64,000 bases of DNA from Microbotryum violaceum (lineage: Eukaryota). The position numbers were made by a program, and so were the translations under genes. This document shows positions 12,810 to 24,750 of this stretch, one piece after another. The notes below the pieces were generated by a model. It searched no databases, had not been told where the DNA came from, and saw nothing but the letters and a program-made list of their open reading frames with translations. The stretch's first letter is position 1. Every line of letters begins with the position of its first letter. The stretch is taken from contig CDLV01000009.1 of NCBI GenBank assembly GCA_001244265.2, forward strand, positions 434,001-498,000, read 5' to 3'.

Positions 12810-14430
12810 GGTTCAAGATCAGGGGTCGGATTGCGCATGGTTCGCTTCGTTTACCAAGGGTGAAAGACCGGTCGAGAAAAATTGCACTCCTGAAACCTCC
12901 TTGATGCGTTGGACACGTTCATAGTACACTGTACTGTTGAATCTTTTTCAACTGGCCGTAGCATAGGATTTCTGGGTATGCAAAACTGTGTAGTAAAACC
13001 GAAGAACTACTGAGATACAGTGGGCAGTAGGCACACAGAAGGGACGTCCGTTCGTCTTTGACTGATAAGCATCTGTGTACAGGATCGAGTGGCTCTAAGC
13101 TCTTCATAGGGTCCACGGCACAGTACAGTGCTGGGGCGGCTGAGATAATGTTTCTTCTGTTGGCGATGGACCACTCTCGGATGTCAGAAAATCGAGCTGT
13201 TTTGCTGCTAGATTCGGAAGAACGTGTGGTGGCACCCTGCATTCAAATGAGCGCGTTCCCTTGGGAGTCAACTGCAGTACGCAAGAGCCAAACCCAGCAG
13301 GTGTCGACTCGAAAATTGACATCGCGCCAGCGCTGCGCCCGCGACAGCTCGCGACTGACTGGTTTCGGCAGCATCAAATCCTGGCAATCCTGAGGCGAAG
13401 GGAACAGATCTTTGTAAAGCATCTTCTCCGTCCACCTGGTCCACCTGGCCTCCGGCTTCAGAGTCCATTCCTTGCGCCAGAGCAGCTCGACGGCGTGCGG
13501 GAGAAGTATGACTCGGTCATCGAGCCGCCCCTTGGGTCCGAACATCGCGACCATCCTCCGAGTCTCCCAGTAAGCCGCAGCCGATTCGCCATCCTCAAGG
13601 CGCCAGCTGAGGTGTCATTTGATATATTTTTGTGCCTGTGGTATCTGCGCGGTTGCGCGTATGTTAGTCATTAGTCATTTTGGTATTGGAGTTTGCTCTG
13701 TTTAAGTTGGGAGCGCGCGGGGCTTCCTTCCCGCGCGGCTGTCTACTCTCTCCTCTGTCGGAAAGCTATCTTCCGCGCTCGCACCGTTCCTGCGACAGTG
13801 ACGACCTCGATCAAAGACCGGTCAGTATGCCCGATAACGATTTATTGCGCAGGACGGCCATGATGGTTAACCCGTGCTTGAGTTAATTCAAAAGAAATAC
13901 CTAAGGCCGTTGCATTGTACTTTGATGATTTGTGATTAGTTGTGAAATGCTAATCTTACCTCCTAATAGCTGGTTCTCTGCGAAATGCATTGCAGTGCAG
14001 CCCTGAAAAATATGCGTAAACTTCCTAAATCTGATACAAAGGATAAGGACTACCTAAGGAAAAAATAGATCGCTTTCTGGGTCCTTGTTGTTTCTCACTA
14101 ACGCAAAGAGATCCACCTTATTCACTAGCCAACCCAAAGAGCTCGCCCTTATTCTCTCAAAAGACAATTTTACTGCTCGCTCGTTAGCGTATTGCCCGAA
14201 ATCTAATAAAAATATCAACTGAAAGAGCATGTAGTTTACCTGGTGTTAAATCGTAAAGTGTACGATCGAGAAGCTGTAAGCTATCGAGGTTTAATTGGAT
14301 TTTATAATGAGTCTGAAGAAATTAATTCCGAGGGTTTATGTTATGTTTACCATTACATGGCTAATACTTTTGGGAGCTCGCCTTAGCCAATAGGACATGT
14401 TGGAGGTTAATGATACCCCCCAACATCTTC

Positions 14431-14484
14431 ATTCATGCTGCTACTCTAGTAACTGCCGGAGTTTACTTACTACTAAGATCATCC
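14431..14484 (+). other. Nuclear mitochondrial insertion (nad5 fragment) within an AT-rich tract ~13930-14660
   Basis: ATTCATGCTGCTACTCTAGTAACTGCCGGAGTTTACTTACTACTAAGATCATCC translates to IHAATLVTAGVYLLLRSS, the conserved ND5 motif, with A/T-ending codons. Confidence 0.8.
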
Positions 14485-15836
14485 TACTAATTTGCCAAGA
14501 GAGTTGAAAGAATTGGATTTAGATAACACAGTAGTCATATCACTACCTAACGCCTGAGATTTACTCTGTAACTCTACATTGGTGTCAAAATCCTTTTCAG
14601 GTTTTTACCTTCGAATAAAAGTTAAGCGCTTTTTTATTTTTTATTTATTTGTCTTTTTTAACCGGAGCTTTATCATTGATTGGACCGACTCTCCTCTCCT
14701 TTCCAAATAACCAGTGTAGAAAGGGTTCGTCTTATGAGTCGTCTCGACAGGAAGCAAATCCGTGCGTTCGGCCTGGAAGTCACGCTCGCGGCGACCGATA
14801 AGTTGCCAAGTGGCCCAACAGATCCGAGGTGTCCGCCGCTCATCGAAAGCCTTCTGGCGTCGAATTTCCAGCGTGGTATTCGAAAAAACGGGATCGCATC
14901 TTGTACCACTCGAAAGTACGGTATGACGATCGGATCCGAGCTCGACTGGTCACCGTGCGCGTCGGTGATTTTGTCGTTCTTGGTGCTCCACCGGATTCAA
15001 GGGACCGTGTCGTATTCGCCCAAGTCGAAGCTATAGTTAGCGTCGGACGAGACGAGTAGGTTCACTTTGCTCCTCGTCACCTGGATGGACGAGAGTCAGA
15101 CGCGTAAATTAGGCTTGGCCAGGTTAGAGTGCTCAAGCCTTTCCGTGCTGGGACTTCAGAGCGACCGAGAGTCATCGGGCTCGATGCCATCTCGAGCGAG
15201 CAAGGTGTGCCGATTCTGAGAGATTACACAGAGCTGGGACTGCACATCATAATCCCTTACCAAGTTTCGACAATCTGATGGAGTGTTCATGTGATCTAGG
15301 GTCATTTGCAATGACGTCGCATGAAAATTGCTCCAGTCTTCAAAGCGCTCTTCCTGCCGTCGGCCTTGTCGGAGGCACGGACACTTCGATGAAATCGATG
15401 CAGCAACCTTGCTCCAACCTCGTCAATGCATTTTTTTCTCTCGATGCCACCTGTTGATGAGAGAGGGACTTCGCTTGGGAGCGTGATTGTGAAGCTTTGG
15501 GGTAGTTCATCTGTCTGCGGAAATTCGACTGCGGGGACTATAGATAGGCACCCTGTCGTCGGTCCGCTCTTCTCCTTTGGCCAATCACTCGCCGCTCGCT
15601 CGAGTTAGACCTCTCACTCGGACTTGCGCGCGACACACGTTCGTTGATCACCAGGTCACCGAAGTCTGCATGTAGCACACAAGTCCCATTTTGAAGAACG
15701 TTGCGTCGTCGTCACCACCGCCAACTCGCTGCCTATTCCGTCGCACCAACTTGTTCCAGCTCGGCTGTGCGCACGAGGTCATACCTACCGGAAGCCGCGT
15801 GACATACCATTCGCAAGGCTAAAGGCTCTAAGATTT

Positions 15837-15890
15837 GTCGTCGTCGTCGTCGTCGTCATCATCATCGTTGTCATCGTCGTCATCGTCATC
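15837..15890. repeat. (GTC/ATC)n trinucleotide repeat
   Basis: Read directly; it would encode poly-Asp on the minus strand. Confidence 0.85.
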
Positions 15891-17177
15891 TCGCCGACGA
15901 TTACGTCGCACCACCTTGCTCTCTACGTCGGCATTTCGATCCACGTTTTGCGTACATTCGTTTCAAGCCTACAGTATTTGATCACTCGTTGCAAATCAGT
16001 CGTCGTCTTCTTCCGATTCTCACCCGCCATTCGAACACCTGTGGACGCTCGTTCAAGCCTGCTTGAGGCCATGACTCGATTCGCTCCTACCCATGTGCTG
16101 CAGTGCAAACGCCCACGTCCCCATGCCCACAAACATATCTTCGCACGAACCATCACCTCCTTGTAAGTGCTTCACCGCTCTGGCTACTCCTCGTATGATC
16201 CTGGCGATACCAGCTTGTGCGACCACGTCGAGACTCGCTGTGGTGATGGCTCTGGGGGAGCTGCACTTGCGCTGACGCTTTCGCTCGTGTCTTAGTTCCT
16301 CAACAGCGATGTTACAGGTGAAGAACTTTCTGTTTCGAGCCCATCTACGACAGTCCCGGCCTTTATTCGTGCAGGTTGGGAGGGCCGAGCGATCAAGCTC
16401 CTAGCCAGAAGCATGACGTCATCGCCTGGCTAAGCTTGATCAACAATCACCTTGATCTCATGTAGATCATAAGCCTTCTCGCCCATGCCATCGCCAACAA
16501 AGGTGAGTACATCCCATCAAAATACCGGTGCGCTTTTACGTTCCTTCCGAGCCCTGGGATCGTGCTTGTTGCGTCGCACCATCACCTGCTTACCGTGACG
16601 GTCTTCTCAATCGATGACACCGTGTGAGTGAGCTTGTGGTGGCATACTGCCCTGCTGATTTGGCTTGCTTCACAGCACTGGATTGGCTTGGGATGGTGGA
16701 ACGTTCAAGTCCGATTCATATAATCGACCTCGCTGTCGGAGCTTCACACCCCCTCTCGTCACGCTCAAGCTCCTTGCTTCGAAACACCCGAAGGACTGGC
16801 CCTCCTCGATTTCTGTCCTTGTTCAAGATAATATACTGACGCACTATCATGACCCAACCCAACCCATTCCTGTCCCAAGCCCAGTCCAGACCTAGTCAAA
16901 GATTTGGCCTTGCACAGCTGTTTCTGATGATGATCAAAGTCGGTGAGTCCACTCAAGTTCATGGCACTATCGCTCGTGGTAGAGTTGTGGGCTGGATTTG
17001 CTAGTTCCTGTGCAAGACGATCGATGCCTCTCTCGATTTGAAGAAGACCGTGCGAGTCCCACTGCTGCGGTTTGAGAGCCTGAGCCGAAGTGAAAACTTC
17101 CGCCGCAAAGTCGTGAACTAGTGAATAAAGTTTAGCACTACGAAATCAAGTTCTAGACCTTCGCTCAAAAGTCCCTC

Positions 17178-17345
17178 GCCCAAGCCCCAAGTCCCAAACT
17201 TTATCTTTCAAGTCCTAAAACCTTGCCCCAAGTGTCAAACCTCGAGTCAAAGTTCCGAACCTTGAGGCAAAGTTTTCAATCTCAGACCCAAGTTGAGAAC
17301 CTCGCGCCCCAAGTTGAAACTTGAGCCCCAAGTTTGAAACTTCGC
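17178..17345 (+). repeat. Degenerate ~20-21-bp subterminal tandem array (CCCAAGTT.(G)AAAC.T..)
   Basis: Periodic CCCAAGT...AAC(C/T)T units just inside the right TIR. Confidence 0.75.
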
Positions 17346-17612
17346 CTCCCGAGTTCAGGACTACGAACACGGTTCCGGAACCTTGGGCTCAAATTATACC
17401 CGGTTCCCAACTCTGGTACCTGGTGCCACATGGTGTAGGGGTTGCCAACTTCGGGCGGTGGTGCGGAACCGTACGGCACCGGTCTAAAAGGTCGCCTCGT
17501 TTTGGCCTTTCTTGCTATGCCACGATTAGATGACTTTTTGTCGTTGGCCTAAACGGTATCTGCTTGGTCGAGAAACTTGTCCTTGATGCGCCCAAGGCTG
17601 TGAGATACCTCG

Positions 17613-19868
17613 TCATCGCAACGGTGAGTGTAACTCTGCCGGGTTAACGGCGACGAAGAGGGTGTACATACCGAACGCGTTGACGTATCCGCCGATCTCA
17701 TTCCTCATGTCGAGCATCTGCGCAGTTGAGCCGTGAATTTTGTCTCCGGCACTTTGCAATTCCGCCAGAATACGGTTGATATGATTCTCTGCTTCTGTTG
17801 TTGCCTTGTACTTTTTCGTGTCCTTGGATTTTATGATCATTTCGGACACAACATCCATGTCGATTTCGAGCAGTGCTGCTGCGATTCGGGCCACCTTCTC
17901 TTTGGGGACCCGAAAAGCGAGTTGGCGAAACACTTCTCGTCGGCGGACCATGTTCGAGACGATGAATGGGAAAGACGGGTCGCATCAAAATCGCTGTCGT
18001 ATAGATTGAGCAAATGTTTGACTTGCTCGTCCAGAGAAACCTTGAGGTCGCGCTCGACACAGAAACCGACGAGACCAAATGAATTGAGGTGTGGCCACAG
18101 CTTTGAGAGCACGTGCTCGTTCGAAGGTTCCCATAACGGGGCGTCGCCTGTCGGAATAACCTAGTTGGCTTGTCCTGGTTGAGATAACGGAGAGCGTCCT
18201 CAAAGAGCAGCCATGAGTGAATCGGTTCGTCGGTAGGGGGTGGCGACAGATGGACGTGTTCGATTACTGGTTCATCAGAGTCGGTATGCGTTGTTGCGTA
18301 GCCGTCAAAGAGCGATGAGGTTGCTTCCACTGTCTCTGCGGTTACCACATTCGCCAAAACAACGTCGGGCACGAGACCGTCTCCATCCGCGATTTGTCGA
18401 TCCGATACTTGGGGAGCAACCCAGACGGAAGCCAAAGTCGAAGTGGAAGCTGAAACCGCCGTAGAAGCTGGAGAGGTCGGGTTGAGCGCACCCGGGCCGG
18501 AACCAGTGCGTCGAACGAGCAGTGCAGTCCCATCAAAGGAAACGGCAGAGTGCGCCGAATTCTTGCTTTCGTTGATCAACCACCTGAGCATCTTTTGGAT
18601 CCGACTCTGCTTCACGATCATGGGCCGACACTTGTCCAGCTCCGCAAGGTTGGGGCTCCCTCCGCAGAATGCAAACACTGTCAGCGAGCTCCTCGACTGA
18701 CATGGGCAGTACATCGGTGAACGAAGCGGTGTATTGGCTGAAGAGGAGGGTGTTTCCGCGCGTGAGGTCTTGTTGAGCTTTCGGGATATCCAAAACGAGT
18801 TAGCTTGTACACGATCTTGTAGGCTCTGGCGCGCGCAGTGACGAGGTGCTCAAGCTGACTCGCGTTGGAGAAGCAATCTCGGACATCAGCGGAGACGTGA
18901 TCCAGTGCGGGATAAAATCCGTTGCTCAACGACCGAGGGGGCTTAGCCGGTGGCCCTGTGGTAGGGAACAACCGTTTGAAGCAGTCTGGACAGAGTGAGC
19001 ACTGAAGCGTGTTGTTCGTGGGCGAGTACGCGATCTGATCGATTAAATCGCTCTGTCAACGGAGACATCGGGGATGGATGAGTGCGCCCCGCCAAGCTGA
19101 AAAATCGTAAGTCGGAGGTCCGTCCATAGTGTAGAGTTGGTCAATCCCCTCCAAATCCCTGATTCCTCACGCTTGATGTCATCTTCGGGCACCGATCGTA
19201 TGTTATGCCCGAAGACTCTCTCGGAACACACCAGGCAGCAGAAGAGACGGGAACGAGCGTCGGTGAAGTAAATTATTCCATTCAGAACGGTTCTCGGTCT
19301 TCAACTGATCGGATGCTGGCGCAAAATGCGATGTCACTTTACAGGGATCTTCTTGTGCGGGTTCGGGATGCAGCGGTGGACGTCTGTGCAGCGTTACTTT
19401 AGAGTCAGTCGCTGAGACGGTCTCGCGATTCCTCTGGACTTCCTCGTTCAGTCAGGCTCGAAGCACGTCAACAGGTTTTGATGCGTATGCTCTGTGGTCG
19501 GAGAAGCAATGACGACGTGGCGGAGTCACGGGACTCGCAGCTTGTTGCCTTCTGAAAACATACCCATTTGAACAAGCATTACAGTTGGGATCGCACGACC
19601 AAAGGAGCGCTTGTAGGGATAGCTCTTTCGCAAGCGGGTTCCTCCTGTAGTGTCCTTCCACGTGGTGCGCCCGAAAAAGCTCCTTCAGGAGATCCATGCT
19701 GAAGTTGATGCTGCTGCACACGAGCTGCCCAAGACTGCATTTGACAACCACATCATCGAGTGCTGACACTGGACTGTTGCGTAAGAGCGGACCGGAATGC
19801 ACATATTGTGCTTGATCGGTGCGGCGGGAGGATCGGCTGTCGCTAGTGGTGGACGCGAGGCTTAACAC
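17613..19868 (-). pseudogene. Helitron2/Helentron-type Rep protein N-terminal remnant (DUF6570-like region + start of Rep)
   Basis: CPDC...SLSNGFYP...LEHLVTARAR, QQDLTRGNTLLFSQ, then IHGSTAQMLDMRNEIGGYVNAFGMYTLFVAVNPAELHSP, which matches the GS...R.EI...G...LF...NPAD.HSP pattern. Multiple frameshifts; truncated before the HUH motif and helicase. Confidence 0.7.
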
Positions 19869-20227
19869 GTTGTCGAGATTCGAGAGTTGTAGTCAATGAT
19901 GCGGAGGTGTACAAGATCAGAAAGCAGTGACATGACGGCGGTTCTGCGATAGCCTGCCTTAAGAGATGCGAGGAAACTCGGTCCAAGTTAGTGAAGTAAA
20001 AGTGCACCACCTATAGAGGTGGCAGCAGTAGGACAATACGCAGCAGTGTCAGAACCGATAGTTGAGGAACAAGTGATTAAAGAAAAGCTAAACAAGGGAG
20101 TCCGCATTGCGAAGGCATAGGCCCACGCGCAAGAATATAATCCACTCAGACACTAAGTTTAATCCACTGCCTTAAAACCAATCGAGCCCTGGGCGCGCGC
20201 CGCGCCTCGTTACCGATGGCCTACCAC

Positions 20228-22942
20228 CTAGACAACACTCCCCCTGGTCGAGGTAGCGAGAGAAGCCATACCAAGTCCAGCGCGATGCTTGAGAAAGAGT
20301 GCTTTAGGCAGTGCCTTTGTGAACATGTCGGCCGTGTTGAGAGCGGTCGGACAGTATTGAAGGGTGATGTCACCGAATTCAACGCGTTCACGTACGTAGA
20401 AATGGTGCACGTTCCAGTGACGAGTGCGACCACGATGAGCGGGATTGCGGGCGATAGCGATACAAGCTTCGTTGTCTTCATGTAGAACAGTCGACGAGGT
20501 TTGATCGATGCCCAATTCGAGAGCGAGAGAGCGAAGTCCAACTGCCTCTTTGGAAGCAGCAGACGCAGCAAGAGTTTCAGCCTCGGTTGTGGACGTAGCG
20601 ACGATAGATTGCTGTTTGCATTGCCAGGAGACGGGACCACCTGCGCACATGGCAACATAGCCGCCGGTTGATTTAACGTTGTCCCAGTCGTCGGCCCAAG
20701 ACGCATCAGAGTAGATCTCGAACTTGGTAGAAGCGCCAAAACGAAAGACAAGACCGAGGTCGACAGACGTAGAGAGATAACGAAGGATACGTTTGATAGC
20801 GATCCAGTTCGTCATGGTAGGCGCAGCGACGTGCTTAGCGACAGAACGAACAGCATTGGCGATCTCCGGACGAGTGCGATGAGCCGCATATTGCAAAGCA
20901 CCGACGGCCGATTGATAAAGTTTGACATCCGTGAAAGGTTCATTCGATTCGACGACGTTCCGATCTTCCATTGGAGATGAGACCGGACGGTTCGAGACAG
21001 AATCGAACGCATAAGTCTCAAGGAGACCACGAACATACGTACTCTGGTGTACCATGATGTATTCGGAAGTGCGATGGAACTCTAGGCCGAGGAAAGTTTT
21101 GACAGGACCGAGTCGTTTAAGCGAGTATACCGAATTGAATGCAGATAGTTCATCATTGAGAAACTGTTGGTCGTTCGAAGCAGCGAGTCCATCGTCGACG
21201 TAAAGTGATACGAAAATGAACCGGCAACCTTTGCGTTTGATGTAGAGACAAGCGCCCGACGTAGAGCGATGGAAGCCACGAGTCTTCATGAGGTCATCGA
21301 CCGCGGCATACCATTGACGAGGAGCTTGCTTTGTTCCATACACCGACTTGAGGAGTTTGAGGACTGAACCGGGCTTGTGTGCAAGCGGCCAGCCATCAGG
21401 AACCTTGATATAAACATCTTCCGTCATCGTGCCATTGAGAAAGGCTGAATCATAGTCGAACTGTTCAAGGACGAGGCCTTGGGCAGCGGCGATAGCGATG
21501 AGGAATAGGATGGTAGAAAGTGAAGCAACGGGAGCAAAGTTGTCGATGAAATCGATACCGTACGTTTGTGAATAGCCTTGAACAACAAGACGAGCCTTGT
21601 ACTTGGTGGTATTTCCTTGTGCATCTTCTTTACGTGTGTAGATCCAACGAACACCATGAGCGCGCATACCAGTTGGAAGAGTAGCGGAAGCGAAAACCTT
21701 GAGTTCGACGAATTTCGCAATCTCGGCGACATCGGCGGCTTTCCAGAAAGGAGCTTCGATGGAGGCCATAGCTTCTTCATGAGTACGAGGTAGTGCGAGG
21801 TTGGTGGGTGAAACACGGGCAACAAGTTCAGGAGGATCGAGATAGATGTGATTCGTATCGATGACCGAGTAAGCAGCGAGGCGACGTTGACGGCGGGAAC
21901 CAGCGGGCAAGATATTATCCTCGTTGATGTTTTCTAGAGGACCCGGATTGCGACCGACGTTGTAAGGACGATATTCATGGCCATCATTAGGGTAAGCAAG
22001 ATTGTCAGCTTCATTATCGGACCCAGGATCAGGTGTCACTGGCCTAGAAGCATGATCATCATCATCTCCAGCTAGAGTGCTAGGAGCGAGACTAACCGGT
22101 GTTACTGGGCGAGGTGCAACAGCAGGACCAGGTACATCTGCGCGACGTGCTACAGGAAGGTGGACATCGTCCTCAAGTTCGATGAAGTTTTGATCAGGTC
22201 GAAGTTGAGGAACCATTTCGTACTCGTAAAGATGTTCAACGACGAAATCACGAGGATCAGACTGAATGTCAATGATCGGAGTAGACGAGGTCGATGGAAT
22301 GTCCGAAAAAGTCACATCTCGAGTGATCATGACCTTGGGTGTAGTGTTTCGATCAACAAGGATGAGATAGTTGTATTCACCGCTGTAGCCGAGAAAGATG
22401 CCCTTTTGTGAATGATCACTCAACTTCTTGCGAAGTGCCCTAGGTAGTAGTGCATAGGCGGTAGAACCGAAGGTACGAAGATGCGAAACGTCGGGCTTGT
22501 GACCAGTGTAGAGTTCATACGGCGTCTTGCGCTTAGAAGGATGAAGCGAGCGGTTGAGAGCAAACGTGGCCGATGCGAGAGCGTAGGACCAGTATTTTCC
22601 GGGAAGACCAGCGTACTTGAGCATTGCACGAACGAGATCAAAGAGGGTGCGATTAGCTCGTTCGGCTTGACCATGTTGTTGCGGGGTGTAACGTGCGGTA
22701 GTTTCGTGTGTGATACCAAGACGACGGAACTCATCACCGAGAAGTCGATTGACAAACTCAGTACCATTGTCGGAACGAACAAACTTGACCTTTTGACCAG
22801 TCAGGCGTTCGGCGTAGGTGATGAAAGAGTTCCATGCTTCGAGTACGACGGCGGCTGTCTTGGAGACAAGCGGATATGTGAACTCTTCGCGTGTGAGAAC
22901 TGATCGACGATAACAAGATCGATCGGCTTTGGAAGTCTTCAT
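20228..22942 (-). CDS. Copia pol fragment (integrase-RT-RNase H), 904-aa open frame
   Basis: VRSDNGTEF, YTPQQHGQAERANRTL, YKARLVVQG, YGTKQAPRQW, LYVDDGL, YSDASWA, STTEAE, ADMFTKAL. Confidence 0.95.
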   Translation of the reverse strand: MKTSKADRSCYRRSVLTREEFTYPLVSKTAAVVLEAWNSFITYAERLTGQKVKFVRSDNGTEFVNRLLGDEFRRLGITHETTARYTPQQHGQAERANRTLFDLVRAMLKYAGLPGKYWSYALASATFALNRSLHPSKRKTPYELYTGHKPDVSHLRTFGSTAYALLPRALRKKLSDHSQKGIFLGYSGEYNYLILVDRNTTPKVMITRDVTFSDIPSTSSTPIIDIQSDPRDFVVEHLYEYEMVPQLRPDQNFIELEDDVHLPVARRADVPGPAVAPRPVTPVSLAPSTLAGDDDDHASRPVTPDPGSDNEADNLAYPNDGHEYRPYNVGRNPGPLENINEDNILPAGSRRQRRLAAYSVIDTNHIYLDPPELVARVSPTNLALPRTHEEAMASIEAPFWKAADVAEIAKFVELKVFASATLPTGMRAHGVRWIYTRKEDAQGNTTKYKARLVVQGYSQTYGIDFIDNFAPVASLSTILFLIAIAAAQGLVLEQFDYDSAFLNGTMTEDVYIKVPDGWPLAHKPGSVLKLLKSVYGTKQAPRQWYAAVDDLMKTRGFHRSTSGACLYIKRKGCRFIFVSLYVDDGLAASNDQQFLNDELSAFNSVYSLKRLGPVKTFLGLEFHRTSEYIMVHQSTYVRGLLETYAFDSVSNRPVSSPMEDRNVVESNEPFTDVKLYQSAVGALQYAAHRTRPEIANAVRSVAKHVAAPTMTNWIAIKRILRYLSTSVDLGLVFRFGASTKFEIYSDASWADDWDNVKSTGGYVAMCAGGPVSWQCKQQSIVATSTTEAETLAASAASKEAVGLRSLALELGIDQTSSTVLHEDNEACIAIARNPAHRGRTRHWNVHHFYVRERVEFGDITLQYCPTALNTADMFTKALPKALFLKHRAGLGMASLATSTRGSVV

Positions 22943-23701
22943 AGTCGACGAATCTCAAATCCATAGAGATGCGATACAGAACGTGATCTGCCCCCCGGGA
23001 TTGTTGATTACGAGGAGTTGCCGTCATTCGAGTAAGGATGCACGATTCGCAGTCGACGACGGTTGTGTCAGTCAAGCGAAGGCCGGTGACCGCTCCCGCA
23101 CGATGCAGGGCGATGAGCGAAATTTGCGAAATATGGTTGAAAAACAAGTGCCAAGAATAGAGCGAAGCGCTAGTCGATGATCGAGTGACCGATTTCGGTG
23201 CTGGCAACAATGTTATTGCCAATATGCACGTTGATAGTCGAACCGTCATCTCCGAACGATAGTTTAGCTCCGGCGATACGGAGTGCCTTGAAAGAGACTA
23301 GACTTTGTCCAGCGCCGGGGAGATGATAAACCTTCTGAATGTTGAGCGTATGATTCTTGTTCGTGCGAACGGTAATGGAACCATAGCCTTTGCAGAGAAC
23401 CGGGGAACCATTTGCTACACGGACCATGACCGGGTCGAGAGTGAAGTTTCGCAAAAGTGAACGATCACCGACGAAGTGACGATGAGCGCCAGTATCGCCG
23501 ATCCACGTGTTCCGGAGCGGGGCGGCATCCGAAGGTTCACCGATGGAGTAAATGGTATAGTTTGTTGACATTTCAGTCACCGCGTTTGCATCGACGGCCG
23601 AACTACCTCGGCGCACTCAGCACACAGTTTGGGCGTCATCAGCCTCCCCGAGTCTCCGCGCCAGAGCCCACTACTAGCGCAGACAAGCGCAAGCTAGCGC
23701 A

Positions 23702-23966
23702 AGGACCCCCGAAAGCCCAACCTGAGGCGCGTAGGTAAAGAGTGGACAAATTTTTGGCCCTAGAAAAGCCAAAATCGCGATTTTTGGAGATGTTGTAGAG
23801 CATCTGAAGCAATTCTAGAGCTGTTGTTGGACGAGCGTAGATGGACTGGACATTTGAAGGCCATTTTTGGGCGAATACACCGAAAAAGGGTGGACAAATG
23901 AGGTGCAAAATCCGGGATTTTGGCCGATTTTACCTACGCGCCTCAGGCTGGGCTTTCATGGGTCCT
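23702..23966. mobile_element. 265-bp MITE with ~38-bp TIRs and 8-bp TSD, inserted in copia gag
   Basis: TIR AGGACCCCCGAAAGCCCAACCTGAGGCGCGTAGGTAAA vs reverse complement AGGACCCATGAAAGCCCAGCCTGAGGCGCGTAGGTAAA. TSD CTAGCGCA at 23694-23701 and 23967-23974. Confidence 0.92.
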
Positions 23967-24611
23967 CTAGCGCACTCAAGCTGGCCTCCGCTGGCAAGTT
24001 GCCACCGCCCGGCCCTCTCCTTTCCGTCTCTCTGTACTGCCTTGTTGTAGAGAGATCTTGTAAAGTAGTGAAGTGCTTCACAATCTCTTTTCCTTTTGAG
24101 AATTGGAGATTTCGAAGTTGGGCCGTCAAAAAACGAACTTGATCAGAGATCAATCCTACGTGGTTGTCGTGTAGACTCTTCCACATCTCATTTGAAGTCG
24201 TGCAGGCGCGAGCGGTGACAGGTGACAGCGTTGTCTGAGTCGAGGTAATTCAAGATGAGAGATTGAGCCTTGGCGTCTTGTTTAAGTAACGCCTTTTGGC
24301 GCGCGGTGAGCAGTTCAGGCGCCAAGAGCAGGTCGAAAATTGTAAGACGAGGGCCCGCACCGGTGCGAAGGCCAAGTCCCAAGGTGGAGGCTTCGGTTTT
24401 TGGAAAAACCGAGGCTGAGTATGCCCCATAAGTCGTGGTTGACGAGGACGAGTTTCAAACCACGTTCCCAGGCATGGTAGCGAAGCGCAAACCCGACTGC
24501 GTCTGTACTGCTTGCGGAGAAAACGGACATTGGTCCATCGACATGAAGTGCCCTCAACACAAACGACACTCCGAATGGAAATCCAGCCATTGATGATCGG
24601 CGCGCTTAGCC

Positions 24612-24750
24612 GGGGTCCTCCTATCCGGGGGAGCAATGTTCTAACCGATCGGCGCTGAAATCGGGCTCCCCTATTGCGCTCTTAGGCAGGGTCCTCCTAT
24701 CCGGGGTAGCATTGTTCGCACCAATCGGCGCTGAAATCGGGCTCTCCTAT
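24612..24750. repeat. ~76-bp imperfect tandem duplication
   Basis: GGGTCCTCCTATCCGGGG.AGCA.TGTTC..ACC.ATCGGCGCTGAAATCGGGCTC.CCTAT occurs twice. Confidence 0.85.

Larger units (their letters stand above)
12477..17519. mobile_element. Non-autonomous TIR element (CATAG termini, hAT-like) carrying heterogeneous cargo
   Basis: 43-bp inverted repeats with 2 mismatches: CATAGCAAGAAAGGCCAAAAAGAGGCGACCGTTTAGACCGGTG at 12477 and its reverse complement ending at 17519. Subterminal ~21-bp repeat arrays lie at both ends. No TSD (TGCAACCC vs CCACGATT) and no transposase recognised. Confidence 0.75.
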
